Shown: positions 1 through 8,956 of the stretch, piece by piece | Layout of the letters: every line of letters begins with the position of its first letter | Position numbering within the stretch: the stretch's first letter is position 1 | NCBI GenBank assembly: GCA_051294375.1 | Contig: JBJCIZ010001138.1 | Location: forward strand, 1 to 10,136 | Reading direction: 5' to 3' | From: Paraspadella gotoi | Lineage: Eukaryota > Animalia > Chaetognatha | DNA length: 10,136 nucleotides | Made by a program: the position numbers and the translations under genes | Notes under the pieces: generated by a model | The model's input: the letters and a program-made list of their open reading frames with translations, nothing else | Database searches by the model: none | What the model was told of the DNA's origin: nothing

Positions 1-417
1 AAAAAGAAGAGAGATAAATTTAGCGTCTAATTTTTTTATTGAAAATTGGTGTCAAATTTTGGGATCGTAAACGCAAGTCTTATTCAGCCCTTCAAAAGCG
101 TCCGAAAGGAAAAATCGATCATCTATATATTTGGGTGCGAGTGAGAGTGATCTCAAGCTCCGCATTAACTGTAACCGACGTCATCTGCCTTTCGCGACGA
201 GCCTTTCGCCTTCCAGTCGAGAAACGCAAACCTCTCCCTCCGTTGATCAGCCGACGGTAAAAGACGACAAGAACTCCGACTCCGAATGAATGGCGACCCG
301 ATGAAGCCCGGATGCACCGACGCATCGCGCGCCAATGAATGGCGCAACCCTTCGAAACTAATTAACGGCGTTTGATTTTCAATCACTATTTGACAAGGGA
401 AGCATCGTGGTGTGTAA

Positions 418-444
418 CGTCGTCGGTCGTCGTCGTGGGTCGTC
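418..444. repeat. Degenerate (CGT)n tract
   Basis: cgtcgtcggtcgtcgtcgtgggtcgtc. Confidence 0.7.
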
Positions 445-879
445 AGCGGTCTCTTGCTGACTTTTTGCCTCGGAATAAGCGTCGTCTTCGTTAGTTCTCG
501 CTATTGTTTGACGTCATCGATGGGCTCCGTCCTTTTTTTTCGTCTCCGTCGTCGGTCGTCATTTAACGTTTTTGTCCTCGAGTGGATTCACTCGCCGCAC
601 CTCCTCCCAATTCGCACAGTGATGCTCCCTCACCGCCGCCAAAACCAACCCTTAACCCCACGGCCCTCACCGTTCAACTCAAACCCGTGCCCACCAATGT
701 TCTAAAAAACCACTTTTTAACCACAACTTACCAACCACACCGCCGCCGCGCACCGATCCGCCATTTGTTTAGAGGAAGTGATTTATTTTCGGGCAAAGTT
801 TATAATGCGCATAATCAGGGTTTTTCTTGGTTTTGATGCGAAAGCGAAATTTTCGCCTGCCTGACTCTGTCTCTCTTGG

Positions 880-1076
880 GAGAGAGAAGAAACAAAGGAA
901 ATAGAGAGAGAGAGAGAGAGAGAGAAGAGAGGAGAGGAGAGAACGAGAGGAGAGAAGAGAGAGAGAGAGAAGAGAGAGAGAGAGCCAGAGCAGAGAGAAG
1001 AGAGCGAGAACGAGAGAAGAGAGAGAGAGAGAGAGAGGAAGAGAGAGAGAGAGAGAGAGAGAGAGCTGAAGAGAGA
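880..1076. repeat. Imperfect (GA)n microsatellite, long polypurine tract
   Basis: About 200 nt of GA units with single-base interruptions (GAA, GG, occasional C). It explains ORFs 769..1086, 783..1115, 815..1084 and 876..1178. Confidence 0.97.
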
Positions 1077-1611
1077 CGAAACACAAGATGCCCTTCCCTT
1101 AAGAATTACTCTCAAAAGAAAACCTCTGGACAGTTACCGCGAAATGGTTGCAAAAAAAAAACCGGCTCCATTAAATAGGGCGTCCTAGAAATGAGAAAAG
1201 CTAATAAAAACGTGCTTAACGATGAGGAAAAGAGAAGGCACTTACCCTCGACTTAAAACTTACCTCTCAAACCTTTCTGTTTGTGTGTCCGTTTCCTATC
1301 GGGAATTCGACGAGAGCTTTTCCTTGCGAAAACAACTTTCGTTTTTGAGGAAATTGTTAGGAAAGACGTTGTTTTTTCGTCCGTCGTCGATGTAAGTCTG
1401 TTGTAGTCGATATGCTGCCGCAAAGTCAAAATATTTTCGTTGGGTTTTGCGTTTTCTGGAAAAAAGTAAGATACTATTGGTGTGGTTGGTTCAAGCGCGG
1501 AGCGCGCAAAGGTTATAACGCAGCATTGACATACACGACACATAGGTGGAAACAGTGATAAACACAGCGTAATAAGACTGCCAAATGAGCCAGACTAAAT
1601 TCATCTTTAGG

Positions 1612-1700
1612 TCTCTCTCTCTCTCCTCTCTTCTCTCTCTCTCTCCTCTCTCTGCTCTCTTCACTCTCTCTCATCTTTCCCTCTCTCTCTCCTTACTCTC
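1612..1700. repeat. Imperfect (CT)n microsatellite
   Basis: Nearly pure pyrimidine CT tract with interruptions. Confidence 0.95.
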
Positions 1701-1942
1701 TTACCTGGGATGCGGGACGGCAGACGGAGGCAAACAGCAATCAGGTGGATTTCTCCTTCTGTTCTCCCCCGGGTTTTTGCTTTAATATTGAATTTATGAG
1801 TTGTTAACTTGGATTAATTGAGCATCGGGAAGGAGAAGGGAGAATATTGATTGTCGGTGTACGGCAGCTTTTTCTGGAAGAATCTAGTTCTCACCGACTT
1901 TCGTATTGCCGAGATGCTGTGGTACGTTAAAGTTATCCGTTT

Positions 1943-1963
1943 GGTCACAGGTCACAGGTCACA
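1943..1963 (+). repeat. (GGTCACA)3 tandem repeat
   Basis: Three exact 7-mer copies at 1943, 1950 and 1957. Confidence 0.9.
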
Positions 1964-2263
1964 GATATTCAGTCTTTGTGCCATTCTAAAGGGATGATCT
2001 ATATCTTATCGTCTCAAGTGAAAAGCGTTACCTGTTATTTTACACACAGGGGTCGAGAAAAAAGGGTGGTTCTTACTTTTGATATGGTCTCTACTTATCG
2101 GGCGCTTTACGAGCGACAGGTTTATTCAAAAGATTCTCTCTTTATTTGGAATCTTCTTTATAGACGCTATCCACATCCTGTCAAATTTCTCTCTCCTCGG
2201 AACGATTCTTGCTTCTATCTCCTAAGGTCTCATCTCTTTAACCTTTAAATAATATTATATATA

Positions 2264-2340
2264 TCTCTCTCTCTCTTTCTCTTCTTCTCTTCTCCTCTCT
2301 CTCTTCTCTCTCTTCTCTCTCTCTTCCTCTCCCATTTCTC
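2264..2340. repeat. Imperfect (CT)n microsatellite preceded by short (TA)n
   Basis: tatatatat runs directly into an interrupted CT tract. Confidence 0.93.
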
Positions 2341-2482
2341 AGACTCTCCTCACTTTTTACATTTATATTTTTTTTCCTTCTTCCAAAATTTTTTCTCGTC
2401 GTTGTGAATTCAAATTCATCACTTGTTCGTTTGCCTCGGGACAGGCGCAGTGAACCTCCGCTCATTCAAGAGATAACTCCAT

Positions 2483-2515
2483 TCTTCTCCTTCTCATCTC
2501 TCCTCTCATCTCTCG

Positions 2516-2547
<32 letters not shown>

Positions 2548-2553
2548 CTCTCT
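2483..2553. repeat. Imperfect (CT)n microsatellite
   Basis: Includes a perfect CT run at about 2516-2543. Confidence 0.95.
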
Positions 2554-2860
2554 TGCTTGCTTTCTTTTTTGGGGAAAAGTTCCCACCCCCCCCTCCCCGA
2601 ATAATTTTTTATTATCCGAAAGCCGTTTATTTTCTATAAGGATTTCGCAAAAATTTTTGGGCCTTAAATTATTTTCTTTTCCAAACATTTAAACCTGTAA
2701 GAAAGAAAAAAATTGCAGTATTCCCAATAATTTTTTTTTTTTCTAGACAGTATTTTCTCTGTAGCCGGTCGAACTCATCTTGAAAACAGAAGTTTTTAAT
2801 TTTTTCATTCAGAGAAAAAAATGTCGGTTTCTATCGGGTCTTAAAGTAAATGTTTTGAAA

Positions 2861-2871
2861 TGGTCACACTG
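2861..2871 (+). promoter_or_regulatory. Exact match to Drosophila Ohler motif 1 (M1BP site, YGGTCACACTR)
   Basis: TGGTCACACTG. Motif match only, with no transcript evidence and the taxon unknown. Confidence 0.3.
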
Positions 2872-2930
2872 AACTAAACTGACGGACGTGATGAGTCTAT
2901 GCTAACAAAGAGAAAATACGAACGACACCG

Positions 2931-2966
2931 GACGACGACGACGCCACAAAACGACGACGATAACGA
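2931..2966. repeat. Interrupted (GAC)n tract
   Basis: gacgacgacgacg ccacaaa acgacgacgataacga. Confidence 0.75.
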
Positions 2967-3252
2967 TTTTTTTTTTGCTCCCCTTTTTTGAATCGAGATA
3001 CGGACATCCTTTTTTATTTTTTTTCTCCATTGACTTTTTGTTTCTTTAAAAAGGCACAGGTATTATGTAAATTGTATTGAACAGAATGTCGTAGGCATCT
3101 GAAGATGCAAGACTCCCCACAAGCGGAGCGGTCATTCGTTGTCGATCGTCGTCGCGGGATCGAAATTCGCTCTTTCTCCTCTGTATCGAGGCGAAGCGTT
3201 ATGAATGATCAGCTCCATTCTTTCCCTGTCTTGAACTGCCTTCCTCGCAAGA

Positions 3253-3357
3253 TCTCTCTCTCTCTCTCTTCTCATCTCTCTCTCCTCTCCTCTCTCTCTA
3301 TCTCTCCTCTCGTCTTCTCTTCTCTCTTCTCTCTCTCTCCCTCCTTCTCTTCCCTCT
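3253..3357. repeat. Imperfect (CT)n microsatellite
   Basis: Interrupted CT tract of about 105 nt. Confidence 0.95.
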
Positions 3358-3454
3358 TTTCAGCCCCGAATTCAGACGGATTTCTTCAAAGTCCTTCGAT
3401 GTTTGAGACGCTGATCCTTTGAAGCGACCGTTTCTGTCGGTTTGACCCGCATTT

Positions 3455-3521
3455 TCTCTTTCTATCTCTCCCTCCTCTCTCGTCCTTCTCATCGATCTCT
3501 CTCTCTCCTCTCCTTCTCTCC
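3455..3521. repeat. Imperfect (CT)n microsatellite
   Basis: Interrupted CT tract ending in ccacag. Confidence 0.88.
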
Positions 3522-3700
3522 CACAGGTCTCGCATAACTTTACGATTTTCCTCCTTTCCACGCAGAGCCTCTCAGTCTCTCCTTTCGCGTTTTTCCCGAA
3601 TCGAATTTCGGCCCTCAGTTCCTTCATCTTTATTCTTCGCCTTCGTTTCGTTTCGTCCGATGACGACATGACGTGCGTAAAGAATTTATGCACCGGCGGG

Positions 3701-3740
3701 CGAGAGAAAGGAAGAGAGAGAGAGAGAGATAGAGAGAGAG
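3701..3740. repeat. Imperfect (GA)n microsatellite
   Basis: GA run with a gata interruption. Confidence 0.93.
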
Positions 3741-3951
3741 CAATAGAAAAAGAGTTTGATACAACAAGAACGGTAACAAATGTGTTGCGGCCGCAGTGAC
3801 TTTCTTTTTTTTTTGATTGGAATCTGTTTTGTGTAAAGTTTTAGGATTTCCTGAAGGCGGCGCAAGTCACTTAGATTTGAGGTTTTTTCCTGTCGTAACA
3901 AATAACAATCAAACCATAAGGTGATTTAATATGCATTTTTAACGGTAAGTA

Positions 3952-4238
3952 GGACAGACCGACGTACAGATATATGCGACCGAGCCGACAGGACGGCCGA
4001 AAAGTGACTTTATAGAGTTGCTCCGCGAGTACTCGGAACGCAGATAGACTGAGAGAAGGAACTGACAAAGAGACAGACTAACGAAAGCAAGAAAGACCAA
4101 ACAGACAAGGAGAAAAGAGTGACAGACTGACGAGACGGAATTATGGACGCGGTAGAGTTACCAGAAAAAGAACATATGAATAAGACAGACCGACGTGTAA
4201 TTAGAAAGACAGACGGACCAGGACAAGCGAGTTATACT
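3952..4238. repeat. Dispersed GACA/GACG/GACT tetramer-rich segment, possible non-autonomous Helentron-like remnant
   Basis: Repeated gacagac, gacggac and gactgac motifs. An exact 13-mer GACAGACCGACGT occurs at 3953 and 4184. The mobile-element origin is inference. Confidence 0.5.
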
Positions 4239-4608
4239 CAAACTAAATAAAGCGTCTTCCAATCATGCGATGTCGTGCGCCATCTAAATCGGGCGAGTCA
4301 TTCGATTAGCCGGAAGGTGGGCGTGCAGGGGGTCTCGGAGATCGGAGGCCCCGGCGAAATTGGCTTGAAGAAAATTTACAGGTTTGGGACAAAAAGTCAT
4401 TTCAATTTAGGCCTTCCGTTGATTGAATTGCGAATCAAGGAGGTTTGTTGTGAGTGGAGGACGGATGATTCAGCGAGACGCCCGAGATCTGATAACAAGA
4501 AAGGCCAACTGGCCGAACGAGGTTTAATATTTACGGTATTATTCACACTGCCTTACATCAAACCACGTAGGTTCAAATGTTCAAGCCTTTGATCTTGTCT
4601 GCCAGAAT

Positions 4609-4654
4609 TCGTCGTCGTCATCGTAGTCATCGTCGTCATCGTCGTCCATCGTCC
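4609..4654. repeat. Imperfect (TCG/TCA)n trinucleotide tract
   Basis: tcgtcgtcgtcatcgtagtcatcgtcgtcatcgtcgtcc, which gives the poly-Asp in minus ORF 4581..4796. Confidence 0.85.
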
Positions 4655-4772
4655 ACCTCTCTGCCTCGTCGCATTTAACGACGCGCATTAAACCAAAGAA
4701 CGAATCCGTTCGAATCTCCCTGTATTTTATTGAGACGAACCCTGGACGGTGTGTGCCGGCCAAATAGAGGAG

Positions 4773-4827
4773 ATTGGAAGAGAAAGGAAAGTCCAAGCTT
4801 GGCCACGCCCACCCGGTCGGCCATCTT
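4773..4827. promoter_or_regulatory. Promoter-like motif cluster (inverted CCAAT, Sp/KLF box, YY1/Pho site)
   Basis: ATTGG 4773-4777, GGCCACGCCCAC 4801-4812 and CGGCCATCTT 4818-4827 in a locally GC/CpG-rich patch. Confidence 0.3.
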
Positions 4828-5146
4828 ACCGATCGAGCGCTCGTTCGCGCGAATTCATTGACTGAGAGAGAAAGAGCGGGAACTTTGGAGCTTGAAAAAA
4901 TCTTTGTTCAAGGTTATAAAGGCTGAAGGGGAGGAGGGAGAGAGAAGGAGGAACTCTGTCGAGGAAAAGAAGAATCAAATATTGAAGAGAAGAGACTTTT
5001 GAATGTGGAAATGGACCGAATTCTCAGACGAAAAAAGGGCATTTTCTTTTCCTTTCGAACGGTGTTTTGGTCCTTTCTTTGGGGGATCCTCGATCCTCCT
5101 TCGTATTTACTACGAACCATAGAAACTCTCTTCCCTCGTCTTCAAC

Positions 5147-5180
5147 TTCTCTCCTCTCCATCTCTCTCTCTCTCTCTCCT
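5147..5180. repeat. Short imperfect (CT)n tract
   Basis: Includes a perfect TC run at 5161-5178. Confidence 0.88.
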
Positions 5181-6538
5181 CCATCAATTTTATCGTCGCC
5201 GCCAAAACAAATTTTCGCCTCCTTTTGTTTTTCTGCTTCGGAGAAGGAAGCGGATTAAAAGAGAAAATGCGGAACCGCGAGGAGGAAATAATAATAGAAT
5301 CAATAAAAGAAGAAAAATGGATGATAGAAAATATATACCGTGCGAAGAAGAAAGAAGGGGAAAAAAGGAGGAAAGGGCGGTTTCAATTTCCGCTAGAACT
5401 AATAGACGACGAAAGGGCTGTAAAAAAAAGCCTAAAATAGTCAGCCATGAATGAATCGTTTTTAACATAAAGTTTGTGAAGATCGGGAAAACAAAATAGT
5501 AGGAGGCAAAGAAAAAAAGGCAATCATTAAAAAGAAAAAAGAGAAGAAAATTTTTAAAAAAGAGAACGAGATTAGCGAAAACAATGGCGGAAAACGTTTA
5601 TGAGTTTTTTTCTCAGGCGACTGGGTTTATCTTGGAATAATTTTTTTCAAATTTTTTTTTTTTTAATCGTCAGATTTGACATCTTTTTTGGTTGAGGTTT
5701 TTGACAATCCGCAAACTTAATTTCAATCTATTTACAAAATAGCTTTAAAATATTGAAGAATAAAAAAAGATAGCACGAACGAAGGAACGGAAATAAAGAA
5801 AATAATTTAAGAAATGAAGGGGAAAAAATGATAAAAAAAAAACAAGATAAATATAAGAAATAGTAGCATATGGACAGAAGAAAGAGAGAGCCGACATTTT
5901 TCAAATTGAAATTCGACCGCAGAATCAGATGTCGGGGTCGAAGAAATTGAACAACTAGACTGAGCTGATGAAAAAGCGAAAGGACCACATCGCGACTCGC
6001 CTGTCAACGTTTAAAAGTTGACTCGCCATATCGTATGCCGCAGTCGAGGACAGATTAAAACCTCTGTCTTAATACTCTTTGTCAACTACCCGCAAATAAA
6101 AACCTTCACAAAAAACTTTTTTTTCTCTAAATTGAACCCACCATATATATTACCTATCCTTCTTAACTTCATAGTGGATACTCCAGACGACCCGACGTTG
6201 GTGTCCGTAAAGTTTCACCTCGCGATCGAGCGGGCAGAAGTTTGATCTCAGTCAATGTCTTAAAAGTTCAAAGCGGCGCACTAGAAGTTCCAGGCTCGGT
6301 AGTCCCATTCTCCCGAGGGAATCGACACACCCGAGCAATTGGTCTCCTCCCTTTTCTCTCCCTTTTTTTCCTGTTTTTTCCTTTTTCGACGAAGAAAGAC
6401 TAAATGATTCGCGGAACCAAATAAAGGTTGAGTATAAAACGTAAAACTGTGACGAAATGAGCTGGTTAATGTGTTACCCAACTCCGACAAAAGGAAAGCG
6501 AAGCCGAGGGAGGTTAACATTAGATAGAAAAAAATGAG

Positions 6539-6540
<2 letters not shown>

Positions 6541-6588
<48 letters not shown>
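6541..6588. repeat. Perfect (GA)24 microsatellite
   Basis: 48 nt of uninterrupted GA. Confidence 0.99.
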
Positions 6589-6591
<3 letters not shown>

Positions 6592-7422
6592 GGAGATAGG
6601 GTAAATAATTGGTTGGCCTAACAGGATCAGGAACGCACGTCAAATTTGCACTAAACTGCGGCCGCTCTCCTCGTATTTAACATCAACTCATCACCAACAC
6701 ATTCCAGATGTACGGCGAAGTACTTCGCGCACTACCCGACGTGCAATCGTGCGTGCGTTGAATGGACTTTACCACATATGCACATACAAACGGAAGCTTT
6801 TAGATATTATTCTTTTTTCTTTTCTTTAAACATGTAGTTTTTTTTGTGTGGGGTCTTGGCTGGGCTTTCTCCTCCTTCATCTGAGGATTAAAACGTCCGG
6901 GTCTTAACCCCCCAAACCCGGCCCTCCTTTTCCTCTTTTCTTTCTTTTTTAACAACTGGGCGCACTGGCAAAATAAGGAATAGAAAAAAAAAGAGAGAAA
7001 AAGGAATAATAGAGAAAAGATAACAAAAGCCGGAAAGAGGAGAGGAACAAGGGCCGTTAACTTCTCGCGAGCTAATTGTTCCTCAAATCTTCCGAAATAC
7101 CGATAGGGGAGGAAAAAAAGGGAAAGAATAAAAAGAACAAGGGGAATAAAGAAAGGGGGAGAAAAAAAGTGCAAGATTAGGGAATACTTGTTGGTTTTGT
7201 TTTAATGTATCTTCAGTGCCAGAGTTTGGTTCTCTGGCAAAATTAATCATATTCATTTGTTGAATTTTTTTGAATTTTTTTTTTTCCTTTCTCGCTTTCT
7301 TTCTATTTTTTTCTTTCGTTTTTTCTTTCTTTTATTTTATTCCTAAACCTTTGCATTTCTTGTCTAAGCTGGAGGACACGAAGACTATAAACATCGAAGT
7401 GTTGAAGGAGAAAGAGACGGAG

Positions 7423-7424
<2 letters not shown>

Positions 7425-7505
<81 letters not shown>

Positions 7506-7526
7506 TGAGCGAGAGAGAGCGGAGAG
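7425..7526. repeat. Near-perfect (GA)n microsatellite
   Basis: Two long perfect GA runs separated by gaagagaa, with a degenerate tail. Confidence 0.97.
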
Positions 7527-7799
7527 CAAAAATCTCAGTGTCGCTAAAGAGTGAGAAAAGAAAATAAGGAAAAGGAATGAAGGGGAAGGAGGAAAATTGA
7601 GGAGCGTGAAATGAAGGAGGGAAAAGAAATGGACGAATGGTGAAAAGAAATAAAGAAAAAAAAATAAATGGAAAACTGGAGAAAAATGATGGGAGAATTC
7701 TAGAAAAGTCCATAAGCTAAAAAAAAATCTTCCAACCATAAAAATGTTTAAAAAAAAAGAAGCTTCTCGTAATAAATCTGCTAATTTGGATGCATAACT

Positions 7800-8015
7800 T
7801 CCCCGTCGGTCACGATGCCGGCTGGCAAGGCGAAAAACGGCCCGCCGACCCCGCTCCCCCGAGGGGTCAGAAGGTCGCCCCGGCTTTTCGTTTCCCGCCA
7901 ACAATTCGCCGTCGGTTTTCGAACGGGTGATAAAATCAGCGCCGAATAAATTCCAGCGCGGAAATCGAGAACTCAAGAGGGGAGCGCGGCGCCGCCGTCG
8001 CCTGGAGCGGGGCCT
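7800..8015. other. GC/CpG-rich patch
   Basis: Abrupt switch from the A-rich flank to GC-rich sequence (cggcccgccgaccccgc, gcgcggcgccgccgtcgcc). Confidence 0.7.
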
Positions 8016-8956
8016 GATACTGCACATTCGATAAAGGAGATGCGCTGACGGTATAAACGGTTTTCGCCGGACATTAATTTATTGGTCAGTGAACTCAAGA
8101 ATGCCCGAAGTAAATTTCGCGTTGTTTTCTCGTCCTCACGCCATTATCACTTTTCGTTCGGCCGCATCCTGTCTGTTGCCTTTGTCGTTTTGTTAGAGTT
8201 TGTCAATGTTGTTCCGTCGCCAGTTACTCCCGTTTTCCTCCTCCGGGGCTTTTTTCTTTTTTCTCCTTTTTTTTCTCCTTTTTTTTCCCTTTTTTTTTGA
8301 GTGAGTGTGTTGCTGCGAGGCAGAGTTTTCCCATTTTCATCTGCTTTCTTATTTATAAGGTTTTATTGCGGTTTTAATTTTCGAGCATAAAAATATTGGA
8401 AGAGGAAATTTATTTGCTTGCTTTGCATACAAGTTCGACTCGAAACGGTTCTAATCTCAATAAAACAAACAAACAGCCAAAAAGACAATACGAACCATTA
8501 AAAAACAAAAAAACACCGAACGATATCAACCCGTCACAAAAGATGCAGGCAACTTTGCAACATGCCACTTAATGTTGCGAATTTAGCACGAAATAGAGGA
8601 CCAAAAAAAAAAAAATTAGACTCCCTTCTTAATTTGGTTGCGACGGGCCGGGCCGGACACTGGCTGGCTGGAGTCCGGGCTGAGCTGAGTTTGAAAGCTC
8701 GTCGCTTTGCGCGGAAACTCGTAAATAAAGGGAAGAAATGGAACAAGAAGGCGAGAAACTCGAATACAAGGCCGAGAACCAAGAAACAGCGAAAGAAAAC
8801 AGTCGGGAGAAAACGGAGCGAAAACGGAGCGAAGAGAATGCCCGCTTCAATTGAAAAAAAACATTGAGATGTAAAAGGGAACATTTCTTTAGTTGATGAT
8901 ACAAATTGTTGATAATATAATATCTTTTTTATTAAATGTAAATGCAATAGTCATAT

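Noticed and set aside
627-693. C-rich patch with AACCC motifs (telomere-like or G-quadruplex on minus)
   Set aside because: There is no tandem telomeric array, and only three CCC runs are closely spaced, with the others 17-19 nt away.
769-1178. Four overlapping ORFs (poly-SL, poly-RE)
   Set aside because: They are translations of the GA microsatellite, which cannot contain stop codons.
3527-3944. Putative + strand exon between acceptor ccacag|g (3526) and donor GTAAGT (3945)
   Set aside because: The polypyrimidine tract is just the CT microsatellite. The interval contains a GA repeat and no listed + strand ORF.
4581-4796. Minus ORF with poly-Asp
   Set aside because: The acidic run is confined to the TCG/TCA repeat, the start is non-ATG, and the flanks are not acidic.
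4999-5468. 151-aa and overlapping ORFs
   Set aside because: Low-complexity K/R/E or F/L content comes from purine and pyrimidine tracts. The 151-aa ORF starts at TTG and has no motif.
7270-8027. Longest ORF (231 aa, minus) and overlapping ORFs
   Set aside because: They are F/L/S-rich products of T-runs and the CT repeat, with no recognisable domain. The apparent hydrophobicity is compositional.
8433-8441. Pol III B-box-like GTTCGACTC (similar motifs near 1488, 4570 and 4708)
   Set aside because: There is no correctly spaced A-box or cloverleaf, so neither tRNA nor SINE is supported.
8534-8947. Basic K/R-rich ORF 8562..8867 and antisense ORFs
   Set aside because: A/G-rich bias explains the composition, and I recognise no histone, ribosomal or capsid signature.
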